Part shown: one piece after another, positions 11,960 to 24,521 of the stretch
How the letters are laid out: each line of letters starts with the position of its first letter
How positions within the stretch are numbered: the first letter of the stretch is position 1
Notes under the pieces: model-generated
The model's input: only the letters and a program-made list of their open reading frames with translations
Database searches by the model: none
What the model was told of the DNA's origin: nothing
Source: Okamejei kenojei
Lineage: Eukaryota
Reading direction: 5' to 3'
NCBI GenBank assembly: GCA_035221665.1
Contig: CM069174.1
Span: forward strand, 8,494,001 to 8,558,000
DNA length: 64,000 bases
Translations under genes and position numbers: made by a program

Positions 11960-12089
11960 GTTTGGCCGTGCAGCTCAAAGAAGCTTAGACTCTGGCACTG
12001 AGCCTCAGATACACTACCGGGACTGGGAAATCATTCCGTCACAGATCTGGAGCATGACCATGCCACAACGGTTTGGAAAGAAGAAATAA
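11960..12089 (+). CDS. NPFF: Pro-neuropeptide FF exon 3 (completes the NPFF-like peptide; encodes the NPAF-like peptide)
   Basis: tttag|G+[42 protein letters not shown]; two PQRF-G-basic amidation/cleavage sites; 132-aa precursor with the longer exon 1. Confidence 0.95.
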
Positions 12090-12240
12090 TGGAACTGGAC
12101 GTCCAAAACAAGAGATTGAGCATTCTTCCGCAATAGCTCAACTCGACTTAGAAGCTATTTGTCAATTAAACACCTCCAAATATTGTGCTTCTAGAAATTT
12201 GTTCACTTGTGATACATATACCTGTCTTAATGAACTGTTA

Positions 12241-12246
12241 AATAAA
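12241..12246 (+). terminator. NPFF: NPFF polyadenylation signal
   Basis: AATAAA about 150 nt after the stop codon. Confidence 0.7.
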
Positions 12247-14732
12247 AGTGATATTTAGTGAATTGCTTTACTTATTGGAGATTCTATTCCCAAACCAGCC
12301 CTTGCCAACACTTCAAAGAAATGTGTTTTTTTAATGGGCAAACTCCAGGTTGGAGACTTGTATTTCTATAGTGCTTTTCACACTGTAGGCATATTTGCAT
12401 TTTAAATCTTTCATTCATCCATGTCATTCCGAACATTCATAAAATTACTTGGAACATTTTGATCATATATGCCCATGGTGATCGGTACAAATGGAGAGCC
12501 CGCAAGGTCTTGTGTTCTGATATTATCAGCTAACCTTGTTACCTCATAATTCAGCATTAGTGTGCCTAATTACAAATACATAGCTAAGATGCAGAGGCAT
12601 TCTGGAGGGCCAGACAGCAACATGTTTTTTTGGGCCCCATTTGTCAGTCAGAGGTTAGTTAATCTGTGGAATTCATTGTCACAGAGGGCTGTGGAGGTCA
12701 AGTCAGTGGATATTTTTAAGGCAGAGATAGACAAATTCTTGCTTAGAACGGGTGATAAGGGTTATGGGGAGAAGGCAGGAAAATGGGATTAGGAGGCAAA
12801 GATCAGCCGTGATTGAATGGCAGTGTAGACACGATGGGCTGAATGGCCTAATTCTACTCCCCTAACCTGTGAACTTGTGAACAGCACTGAAACATGCACG
12901 GATGCTACAATGGGGGATAAGCAGAGCAGAGACATTTCTCCTGCGTTCCTTCAAAGTTTTGACAGCATTGTGCATGTGGAGGAAGAGGCAAGGTTTTATT
13001 GTTCAGTCTTGGGATGTGGGGGTCATCCAAATTGTACAAGCTCCAGTTAAGCTCTCAGTTATACAATCAGGCCACCTGAATGGGTTTTGAGCACAAACAC
13101 ACACACACACACATCTAATTCAGCAGCATGTATGCAACCACTTACCCACCAATGCCTCACGTTGAGCTTCTGCCTGACAACCATCACATGACAAACAGCA
13201 TCTAAACTTTGAACTTCAAACTCTCCTTGTTGCACTAGGGACTTCTAGGGATTTATTGAACTTTTTTGTTTGGTTTATTATGTTAGCTATTGAATACTGT
13301 GCAAACAAACCTGTTATGCTGCTGCAAGCAATAACTTCATTGTTCCGTTTCGGTATATTTGACAATTAGACACTCTTGACTCTTGTACCTAAATCAAACA
13401 ATCAAAGGGAACATTGGAAAAGCACTCAAAAGGTCTCAATGAAACCAGGTGGTGCGAGGACTCTGAGACCCGAGATTGGAAACCTATCCCAGAGGAACTC
13501 AGCAGGTCAGGCGGCATCTATGGAGGGAAATGGACAGGCAACGTTTTGGGTTGGGACCTTTCTTCACATTGGCTGAACCAGTGTGAAGAAAGATGGGCGG
13601 CACAGTGGCTATCACAACGTTTAAGAAACATTTAGGCAGGTTCATGGATCGGATAGGTTAAGAGGGGCATGGACCAAAAACAGGCAAGTGGGACTAGTGC
13701 AAATGGGACATGTTGGTCATTGTGGGCAAGTTGGGCCAAAGGGCCAAAGGGTTGCACAGAGCCCCTCGCACAGCAAAATACTTCTGTTTATTTAGGATGA
13801 TCATTGAAAGAATTCCCCTACCTGCTGCAGTTTGGCCTTGCTGCAGCTTGCGAAAGAAAGATTATTCCTAAGGTCAGGCAATACCCAGGTGGAAAATACA
13901 CCTCACCAGTTCACGTTGGGAACATTTGGAAGGGTTTAATGGTCCCACTGGAAAAAGGCTGAATCGTCCATCTCAGTTTGTGAATGCGTTTAAACATCAG
14001 GACATAGATTAACATTCAGCTCTCCCCAAAGAGCACCTAATAATAAAACTAATAATAACTGAGGTATACTAATCAGCATCCATTAATGGTTTCTGTACTT
14101 AGCTGTCCAAAGAGTCACACGTCTGTTTTGAGAAGAGAATTGAAAGCTAATTGGGGTGTGCTAAATCCTACTGAAAGCATGATCAATATAATCTGATCAT
14201 GATCAATGTAATATCAATACAATATAACTCAGCCAAGAGTTAATCACGATGGGCAGTGCTTTTATTGTGACGGTCGATACATACAGGTAAAAGGTTAGAA
14301 AACAGATTTTAAAATGTTTAGAACTTTATTTTTATGCTCTTCATTTTAAATTATCAGTCAATTAGAAATTGGTTGGTCACAAAATCAAAACAGAATGGGG
14401 GAGGGGGTGGGGATGTATTGATGGAAAAAAAAAATCTGTGGATAAATATAGCTTAATTTTTAATTGATACGCGACTGGTACAAGAAAAGCACCGATGATG
14501 GGTAAAGAGAGAGCTACCGTCACGGACACCGCACTCCACTGGGGACTAGAGAACTCCGCGGTTACAGCGCTAGAGACCCGCTAGTCAATCCTGACTTACG
14601 GGTACGGTCTGTACGGAGTTTGTACGTTCTCCCCGTGTCCTGCGTGTTTTTTCTGCGGGAGCTCCAGTTTCCTCTCACACTCCAAAGACGTACAGGTTTA
14701 CAGGTTAATTGGCTTTGGTTAAATTGTAAATT

Positions 14733-15176
14733 AAATTTGAAAAGACTAGGCTTGTATTCACTGGAGTTTAGAAGGATGAGGGGGGATCTTATAGAAACAT
14801 ATAAAATTATAAAAGGGCTGGACAAGCTAGATGCAGGAAAAATGTTCCCAATGTTGGGCGAGTCCAGAACCAGGGGCCACACGCAGTCTTAGAATAAAGG
14901 GGAGGCCATTTAAGACTGAGGTGAGAAAACGTTTTCACCCAGAGAGTTGTGAATTTGTGGAATTCCCTGCCACAGAGGGCAGTGGAGGCCAAGTCACTGG
15001 ATGGATTTAAGAGAGAGTTGGATAGAGCTCTAGGGGCTGGTGGAATCAAGGGATATGGGGAGAAGGCAGGCACGGGTTATTGATAGGGGACGATCAGCCA
15101 TGATCACAATGAATGGCGGTGCTGGCTCGAAGGGCCGAATGGCCTCCTCCTGCACCTATTTTCTATGTTTCTATGT
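14733..15176 (+). mobile_element. CR1/L2-type LINE 3' end inserted into a SINE (SINE halves ~14560-14732 and ~15177-15288)
   Basis: LKRLGLYSLEFRRMRGDLIETYKIIKGLDK...ESRTRGH RT C-terminal motif and a (CTATGTTT) tail. Confidence 0.85.
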
Positions 15177-15886
15177 ATATTGTCCCTAGTGTGTAGGATA
15201 GTGTCAGTGTGTGGGGAACGCTGGTCGGCGGGGGCTCGGTGTGCCGAAAGGCCTGTTTCCATGCTGTATCTCTAAACTAAACTAAACTCAGGATGAAGCG
15301 TCACCCATTTCTCTCCCGAAATGGTGCCTGTCCCGCTGAGTTACTCCAGCATTTTGTTTAATTGTTCCGTTTTGGGACATGTGACAATAAACCCTCTCGC
15401 CTCTTTCTCTTCCTCACCATCAGAACGAATGGTGCCCTTAAATCCGAGTCAGGTTTAACCTGGGACAAATTTACTGAAGTTGGTGCTCTGTCACCGGACT
15501 CCAAGAAGGGACCTAGTGGAATGCTGTTGTGGGACAGTGGTGTGGACCTCAGAGAGAGCTTGTATTTTCATGATTAACCCTCGGTATTATGGATCAGCAA
15601 CCGGGTTCTCCCTGCAAAATAAATTGGTGTATCGTTCAGCTAAAACGTGTGCTGCTGCTCAGAGCGGCACAATAGCACCACTCACAGGAAAGATTTAATA
15701 TGACCGTGTGTTTTGTAACAGGGAAAGTTAAAGCTCATCTTATGTAAAACCAAATACAGAAAAACTATTGACAGATAATGTAGGACATGTAGATAATGTA
15801 GAATATAAAATCATCAATATCAGATAAGGTTTTTTTAAAATGTGATAAAAGGAAATATGTTGTTAAGCTGGAAAGACTGCAGAGAA

Positions 15887-15940
15887 GGGGTGGAAGATTG
15901 CAACCTTCACGTGGTCCGCCCTGTTCCGACTAATGCAATC
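15887..15940 (+). ncRNA. HDV-like (CPEB3-type) ribozyme fold, copy A
   Basis: P1 GGGGUGG/CCGCCCU with G1-U wobble; P2 GAUUGCA/UGCAAUC; P3 ACC/GGU; L3 UUCACGU; J4/2 CUAA; almost no P4. Confidence 0.8.
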
Positions 15941-16022
15941 AACGCGACGCGCACAAACGGAAGATCAAATGGAACAAGTTGTCCAACAACTTTAGGCTGT
16001 GCACGCCACACGACAGAAGAAG
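15887..16022 (+). mobile_element. 136-bp ribozyme-headed mini-retroposon, copy A, inserted in a CR1/L2 fragment
   Basis: TSD AAGACTGCAGAGAA at 15873-15886 and 16023-16036; AGAAGAAG tail; homologous copy at 9311-9445. Confidence 0.85.
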
Positions 16023-16589
16023 AAGACTGCAGAGAAGATTTGCAAGGATGTTGCCAGGACTTGAGGGTCTGAGCTATAGGTTGGACATGCTAGGACTGTA
16101 TTCCTTGGAGCGCAGGAGGCTGGGGATTTGGGGGGGGGGGGGTGATCTTGTAGAAGTTTATAAAATCATGAGGGGAATAGATAGGGCGAACCAGAGGGCA
16201 TAGGGTTAAGGTGAGAGGGGAAAGATTTAATAGAACGAGCTGCCACTTTAACTCACACCAAGCTATTCGTGGTGCATTGGCGACCTCTAGTGATGAGAAT
16301 CCTGATAATGCTCAGAGTAGATTAAATGCTAACAATTTTGCAGTCTGAAGAAAGATCCCGACCCGAAACGTCACCCATCCTTTTTCCCAGAGATGCTGCC
16401 GGACCCACTGAGTTACTCCAGTACTGTGTGTCTGTCTGTAATGCAACAATTAATCCACGTTGAGCAAACAGGACAATATTCTCTCAGAATCCCGAGGGCG
16501 ATCGGCCTATCACACAAATACCGCTTCTTTGGGTAGAGATTCGACTCATTCCCATTCCCTTGCGCCTTCTTAGGGCCTTGGATTTTTTC

Positions 16590-16855
16590 ATGGGCGGCGC
16601 GGCGGTAGAGTTGCTGCCTCACAGCGCCAGAGACCCGCGTTCAATCCTGACTACGGGTGCTGTCTGTACGGAGTTTGTACATTCTCCCCGTGTCCTGCGT
16701 GGGTTTACTCCCAAACTCCAAAGTACATGCTTGTAGGTTAATTTGGCTTCTGTAAATTGTCCCTAGCGTGTACGATAGTGAATGTACGGGGATCGCCGGT
16801 CAGCGCGGACTCGGTGGGCCGAAGGGCCTGTTTCCACGCTGTATCTCTAAACTAA
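16590..16855 (+). mobile_element. Near full-length tRNA-derived SINE (HE1/V-SINE-like)
   Basis: A-box-like GGCGCGGCGGTAGAG, B-box-like GTTCAATCC, and CCACGCTGTATCTCTAAACTAAA tail. Confidence 0.8.
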
Positions 16856-19800
16856 AGGTATCTACCCAATTCTCCATTTGAGTCGCCATTGAATCTACTC
16901 CCAACATCTTCTCAGGTAATGTGTTCCATGCGGAAGAGGAGTCTATATAGTCCTCTCGAGCCTGCTCCGCCGTTCAATAAGGAAGTGGCTGACATGATCT
17001 TGGCCTTGCATCCATTTTACCCTCGACTCCCAAACATCTGCTTGCCGTGGGCTGGGATATATTCAGTGACTGCCGTCACACTCACAGCTGTCTGGGGGGA
17101 AATAATTCCAAAGATTCACCTTCCTACGAGTGAAGAAACACCCCTCATTTCCATCTGAAATGGGCGACTGCTTAGTCTGAAACTTTTCCCTCCTCCCCCC
17201 CCCCCCCCCCGATTCTCAGTTCCCCAACTGGGAGAAGTTTGCCTCTTCACCCACCCTGTCAATTAAGCCTTTCTCTCTCTGACCTCCATCTTTTCTTTCT
17301 TCTGCTGGACCTTATTATTACTCATTTTAACCAGGGGCCGCTCTTGGACCAAATGGATACCCCATCCTCTTTGCTGGCAGTGCTCTCCTTCACCTCTTGC
17401 CTTCGTCCTTTAATGGCTGCTGATCCTTCCAGGTGCCAGGTTCCCTCCGCGGTGGCAGTTGGAGTGCACAGGGTCAGGCTCCTCTCAGACCTGAGCCCAA
17501 CACTGTCAAGGCAGCTGCCTGGCCTATTGGGCAGTACTGTAACTAATGTCAATATTGTAAATAGTTGTGGGCGTGTGGGTGGGATGTAGAATCAGCCGTT
17601 TTTGCTCCCAATGCGTGTTGTCAGAGAGGCTGTCCTTTGATCTACAACTGGGGCAGAGCTGGCTACCAATGCCACCGACATGCATGGATCCTCAAAGAAT
17701 CCATAATCAGTCCACAAGGTAGAATTCTGATCGGGACAGGGATGTTGCACTCAATCTAAGAGTGGTGGGTGGAGGGTGCTCACTTCAGCGGTCTGGTCTG
17801 TATTTCAATCCATGGATCTTCATTGTAGTATTCACATTCCTCACTTTATAATAAAACGTGTGCAAACAATTGTAATGTGTGTAAATGTTGGACAATTTAA
17901 ACGGGATAAAAAGGTGGATGGCTTGATCTTCACTCCATCAGTCTGGTCCCCAAATGTGTGACATAATTCCTTCCCTTTCCCAGATCAAGAGAATTGCATG
18001 GCTCTCCTGGCAAACTTTTGGTATGCATTTGGCAAGTTTTGGTGTTGATTCCACATCATGGCTTTCTGTTTGGCCTGATTTGAAAAGACCTAGATTGTAT
18101 TCAGAGGGAATCGAAGTACATTATATTTTTCACCTGCCAACTTTCTCCCATTGTGAAAGAAAGATGCACTTGGTAAATGCACTTGCAAAGACTCTGCTAT
18201 CTTACCCATGCATTCTCCTTTGCATGTAAGCCTCAAATCTATCTGCAGGATATTCTTGGGACAGAAACACCAGCAGACTTGGTATCAGCTTCATCAGGCT
18301 TTCAATTTCACGAGACTAGCTATCAATCAGCAGCTGAAATGGGGAGATCAACTGAGATGTTAGTTGCAATAGCTTTTGGTTGAGGTCGGCCACATTCCTA
18401 GTCTAGAGAAATGAACTGCTCAGTGAGGAAACTCTGTAATCCAACATTTCAACTGCAGGGTGAGGATGTGATGTGTGATAGTTGTGGGCAATGTCTTCAA
18501 TGTGCACAAATTAACCCATTCACTGTTATCTGCACTGGAATGGTGGGCAGAGAGATGTCATACTAAGTGCTTATCTACCAAAGCCAGGCAAATCTCTGCA
18601 TGTTAGATGAAGGGGAAAAAACACTGAAAATACAAGAAGTTAAACGGGTAAGGCTCAAGCCAAGTTGATGGTTTTTTTTCTCTCCTGCATAGATGCCAAT
18701 GAAGCTGCTCAGAGTCCCAGTATTTTGTTTGCCTTTAAACAGGGATATATTCCTCTCATCTCCCCAAACACAGTTCCTTGTGAATTTTCCAAACACACCA
18801 GTTCTCCTTGGATGAATAAACCAAACCGTCCAAAAGTATTGCAGAGTACAAAGTATGTAATTTATGGGGGAAAGAAAAATCACATTACTTCAGTTCATAG
18901 TTAAAGAGATTATATAAACTTAAAACAGTAAATTCAACACAGCAATTTCAATGAAAACACAATTTCCCTTACCATAAAAAAAACTAAATCTGCGCATAGC
19001 ATCTGTATAATGCTTTGCCTAGAATCACATTTGCTGGGTGAATTGTGCACTCATTGTGTGGTCAGGGACAATTTATCCCAAAGTGCGGCTCAGCCAGCAC
19101 CAGAGAGGCTCTTCCTCTGCCCTATCCCAGCACCTATCCCAGAATTGGTCCACACAGCAACTGCATCAACATGATTTTGTTTCTGAATGCATTTACAACA
19201 GGCAACTGACCAAACAATTCTCTACTCAATGTGCCTTCAAACGAAACTTTGAGGAACAATTGAGTGCACCACTTTTGATTTTCCCTCCCAAGGTTGAAGC
19301 CGTAACAGCCTTAAGTGAGTCTTAACTGTTTTGTGCTATGGACTCACATTGGTTGTCATTTCGTACCCTCACAGCAAGTAACAGGAACTCTAATCGTATC
19401 AGCTCTGGGCCTTGGGTGTGAAACGGCAGAGGTTCATACTGTGTGAGTATCTCTCCCTTCCAAATCTCTCGATCACTGCTCTCTACCTGTTCACCGTCAC
19501 CTTCCCAACGTAAAACTGCCTTTCCGAATGTATTGAAAGACAATGCCTTACCAAAGTGACAAATCACACCACGCATGCTTTGACAGCAGGTACCAGTATG
19601 CTTTGCATGGACAGGCAGCAACAGATCCTTTCCTTGCCCAATATTCACACGCTGTACAAAGGGCACTCGATAGTCATTAAACTCACTGTTTTGCGATACA
19701 AGCCAAGGATCAGCCTTGAGACACTCTAGACAGACACAAATGCCGGAGTAACTCAGCGGAAGAGGCAGCGTCTTTGTATAGAAGGAATGGGAGATACTCG

Positions 19801-20564
19801 ATGTACCTGGTCTAGTATCACACTGTATCATTATTCATAGGCCATTTTCTACTTTATAACACTTTAAAAGTACCATGTTGGGTATGAAAGTCCTGAAGTC
19901 ACGAAAGTGCTATAGAATTTCCAATTCTTTTGTCCTTTGCTTTAACTGGAGGAGCCTCTTCTGTATTTGAAGTAAAAAGGTCTATATTCACTGTAGGCAG
20001 CTGCAAAGTCCAATGATGGTGGGCACTTGTTAAGGGTGCTTTTCTAATACACGATTCCCTATCAACAGAAATATTGCAGGATCATCAAGCGAGCTACTGA
20101 TAAGGTCCTGGTGTAGAACACAAGTATAAATTGGTTCATCCGCAAGCTGCCATTTGTGCAGTATGGAACAATTACTTTCACTGAAGTATGGTGTGACGTA
20201 TGGTCACTTAGTAGTGCACATCCGTTAATTAAGCCGACCATTGGACTCAAAAGTTCCAAAAATGATAAATAACATTTCAAATAAGCATCATAATACTTAA
20301 CAGAATTTAAAAAAAATCATATTTATCTCTGTAGCTTATCCTAACCTCCCACCATCACACAGCTGCACAATTATTTGCAGGGATGCTGAAAATGCTGCAT
20401 CGTGTCCAAGGAACAGCAGCAGATAGGAAACCTCTCATAGAGATCGGCCAGAGCCTTTCTTTGAAAGGAGCAATCAGCAGCTTCCCAACGCCCAGGCAAC
20501 CCTAGTCAAGATCATGCCTTGGTACACTCGAGAAATCCACAGGCACACAATGCCACAAAGTGAT

Positions 20565-20567
<3 letters not shown>

Positions 20568-20596
<29 letters not shown>
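20568..20596. repeat. (CA)n microsatellite
   Basis: Direct reading of the sequence. Confidence 0.95.
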
Positions 20597-20598
<2 letters not shown>

Positions 20599-21276
20599 CA
20601 TACGGACCAAGTGCTGCTGGTAAATGGGATTAGTAGAGACAGGGTACTTGATGGTTGCCAAGGCCACGGTGGGCCTAATGGCCTGAATCTGTGGCGTAGG
20701 ACTCAAAGACGACATGTTGACACAACAATGTCCCGTGTGCCATGTGGCTGATTACTGATCTTGACAATCATTACAGGTGAATGCCCCAAGTTTGGTCCCT
20801 TAAAACACATTACATTTTGAGGGAAAATTGGATAAAAAGAATCACGGCAGATGCCAACATTACTGATGCAATTCTACTAGAACTACTGTAAATAGGCCCA
20901 GGGTGCTACTTACAACCACACTGGGTTTCTTAGTACCAGTTTTGGGGAAACTCATGGGATATAATGTGTTCCCCAATGATAACGGCAGGTTGGCCCACCA
21001 AAGAACTAAAGACCTGTGGGTGGCCCATGTGGGAGAACACGTTATAAGTATGCATTTCCTTACAAGAAGCCTTCAAATCCCTTTCTTCTGCCGGACCGCA
21101 CTTCTCTTTCCTAAAATTTAAAAAGGCACCTGGTAGGCAGACTGAGCAGCACGGAACTTTCAGTCAAGTGCATGTCTTGTGAGATTCAAGTTGTTGATTT
21201 TAAAAAAATACTTCAGTTTGGGAGCAAAAGAAAATAGTGCTGGTCAGATGAAGAACGACATGATTCAGCATCAGAC

Positions 21277-21434
21277 TCATTTTCCTCCAGCCATTATTTT
21301 CAGGTACTGCAGTGCATTGTGAGCTGCATTGGCACGAGCACAATCCCTCATTGAGGCAGAGCCATGGCAGACGGTGGTGGGCTGCGTGGATAACTCCACA
21401 AGACATTGGTACAAACCACTCAAACTCAACTCTT
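21277..21434 (-). CDS. TARBP2: TARBP2 last coding exon
   Basis: (E)[51 protein letters not shown]; acceptor ttccag; 158 nt. Confidence 0.96.
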
Positions 21435-22645
21435 CTGGAAAACAAAAGGACCACAAAAGACACTCGAGGTTATCAGATATCTTGATAAACAGGATCACAT
21501 ACTTGCATCAAGCTACTTATCAATAAACTAATGTTCTACCAGCTGTCTTTCCCTTAAACTAGATTAACTGGTCTATCAATCACCAAGAACTGCAAAGTAA
21601 CCATTAAGGGTGTGACCTACAGTTGGGAAATTAACCACCATAGAGAGATGAGATCTGAATTATGTACAACCCTGCCAAGGATTAACTGGAACAATAAAGT
21701 AGAGGAAATTGCACAGAATTGACTTAGTAAATAATGGATAGAGATGGATCAAACTTGAGCAAAACATAATGTTTAGTTTGGTTTAGAGACAAAGCGTGGA
21801 AACAGGCCCTTCAGCCCACCGGGTCCATGCCAACCAACAATCACTAGTTCTATCCTGCACACTAGGGACAATTTACAGAAGCCAATTAACCTACAAACCC
21901 GCACATCTTTGGAATGTGGGAGGACACAGGGGGAGCGTACAAACTCCGTACAGACAGCACCCATAGTCAGAATCGAAACCGGGTCTCCGACTGCTCTCGA
22001 GTTTGAGTTTGCAGTGTCAGCATCATGTTTCAGATAAGAGTAGGACGTTCCCTCAAATGTCAGTAAAGACAAATTAACTGATCATTCATTTCACTTAGCG
22101 TGTAAAGTTATCGTTGGATGCAAATTAGCTGCAGCAGCCGACAATGTCAATATTCATTTCAATCAAAGCACTTTGAGACGTACCAGGAAAGCAAAGAGCA
22201 AATATCCTCTTTCACTTCAAAGCTCATCATATAAACCAATCCCTTAATAAAAAGAGGATTACTCATTTATTCTTGGTGATGCAAGTAGTATTTCCAGGTG
22301 ATGAATCAATCTACAAATTCAAAGGGATATGCCTTAATGACAAAGCCATACATCATCTTACCAGCAGAAAAACAAAGTGCTGGAGGAACTCTGCAGGTCA
22401 GGCAACATCGGTGGAGGAAAATGGACAGGCAACATTTCAGGTCAGGTTCCTGATCCGAAATGTCACCTGTCCATTCCCTCCACTGATGCTGCCTGACCTG
22501 CAGAATTAATCCAGCACTTTGTGTGTTTTGCTCGAGTCTGCACTTCCTTGTCGCTATCATCTTACCAGTATTACTAAACTTCGATTAATCTATTCCGCTT
22601 GGAACAGACTCCATGCACTGTGGTATTCAGCCAAAGGAGACTTAC

Positions 22646-22838
22646 CGATGTCCAAGTAACTAACATCGAACCGCTGCTCTTCTGCCAACTCCCTCAGCAT
22701 CTGGCAAAAGTTGGAGTTCACCACACCGAGTGGATGGCTCTTGAGGTGCATAATCCTTTCCCCAACAGAATTCCGGAGCGAATCCCATGTGCAACCTGTG
22801 TTCTTGCCTCTTGGACAATCCAGTTTGCTGCTCAGCAT
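22646..22838 (-). CDS. TARBP2: TARBP2 exon (start of the dsRBD3/Medipal region)
   Basis: MLSSKLDCPRGKNTGCTWDSLRNSVGERIMHLKSHPLG...EQRFDVSYLDI; AG/GT boundaries, phase 0 to 1. Confidence 0.95.
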
Positions 22839-24393
22839 CTAGAATGTAGGGAGGTGGAGCAAGAGGGATAGCAAGGTGGAGAGCGATAACAATAAAAAGC
22901 CAAATGAGTGAAGGCGAGCACAACTGGTGGTAGTTATTCTTGCATTACTTTTACACATCTATAACTATACTGATGTGCACAAACTGCAATATTGAGTGGT
23001 CAGGCTGAATGGGCGGTTTAGTTTAGATACAGTATGGAGACAGGCCCTTCGGCCCACTGACTATCGATCACCTGTTCACACTAGTTCTATGTTATCCCTA
23101 TCTCTTCTCATCTTTTTTCACTGGTGAGTCTCCTCTCTGCCACACAGTCATTGGCTATATTTAAGTTGAGTTGGATGTGGCCCTTGTGGCTAAGGGGATC
23201 AAGGGTATGGAAGAAGGCAGGTACCGGTGCAGGCTCGAAAGGGCTGAATGGCCTACTCTGCAGTTTCTATCCACTTTCTGTAATTGGGATATGGGCAGAA
23301 ACCAGAGCACCCGTAGGAAACCCACGTGGTCATAGGGAGAACATGCAAACTCCACACACATCATCTTTTTGACACAAGTTGGGAAAGCTAACTCTGGCCT
23401 CTTCAATTTTCCCTTCGCCTTGTTATAGAACCATACAACACAGAAACAGGCCCTTCAGCCCATTAAGTCCGTGCTGACCCTTCAACTGATCATGTTTATT
23501 CTCCCCACAGTCCCATGGGCTACACCAGATTCTACCCCTCACCTACATCTCCAGGAGTAATTCATAGTGGCCGATTAACCTACCAGCCCACAGAATAGGA
23601 ACCCATTTGACATTTAGCTGAAGATTACTCAATTTGAAACCCAGGATGATTAATGCACTTAAAGCAAATACCAACATCATTACGACAGCTGTGATTATTG
23701 AAATAGGTGAAAGTCATTACAAAGCATGTAGGAGGTTGCAGAAACCCAACAGGTCTGAAGAAGAGTCCCAATTTGAAACATCCCCTATTGAGTCTGAATA
23801 AGGGCCCCGACCCAAAATGTCGTCTATCCATGTTCTCCAGAGATGCTGTCTGACCTGCTGCTCTTTCAGTACTTTGTGACTTTTTTTTTTGGTAAACCAG
23901 CATCTGCAGTTCCTTGCATCTACAGGTTGAATTAATGTTCTTCAAGGAGGGAATCCTGCCTGACTGGAATGCCAGGCTGTCATTTTAACCCCATGACACA
24001 CCGTGTGAGTTATACCAAACTGGATTTGAAGTGTCCGAGTGAGTTATTCGGTTTCATCAAATTAAGGCAGTTGAAGACGCAATGACACCCACTCTCTGAG
24101 ATTAGCCAAGTAAAGAAAATTGTAAACTGTTCCCAAAATCGTCAACAGACCGTGAACTGCCCACCACAGAAGACCCACTTCCAAATCTCATCGAGCTCTT
24201 TAAATGGGCACGGTATGAAGATTTCCCCCCAACCACCTCATTACCAATCAGCCTTCAACGTCACTTCCTCAATAAAATCAATCTCCAATCTTGGATCTGT
24301 CCCCATAGTTTGTCCTTTTACAAAGAAGGTGGTAGTGGAGTCACATCACCACTATCCGATCTGGTGCTCTATCAGCAACATTAATACACTTAC

Positions 24394-24521
24394 TATGGAA
24401 AACTGGTCATCTTCCAACTCCACTTCATTCCCATCCCTCTGATCCACTGGAACGTCATGGATCCTTGCTAACATCTTGGCAGCAGCATTGCGTTTTGCCA
24501 GCTTTTTTGAGGTCCCACTTC
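24394..24521 (-). CDS. TARBP2: TARBP2 exon (dsRBD2 helix 2)
   Basis: GSGTSKKLAKRNAAAKMLARIHDVPVDQRDGNEVELEDDQFSI; 128 nt; tttgtag / gtaagt boundaries. Confidence 0.96.

Noticed and set aside
16590-16660. tRNA-like A/B boxes
   Set aside because: SINE head without a cloverleaf; not a tRNA gene.
17335-18904. Exon-like segments on the plus strand between NPFF and TARBP2
   Set aside because: No coherent frame or homology, and one implied intron is only about 45 nt; may be antisense to the TARBP2 3' UTR.
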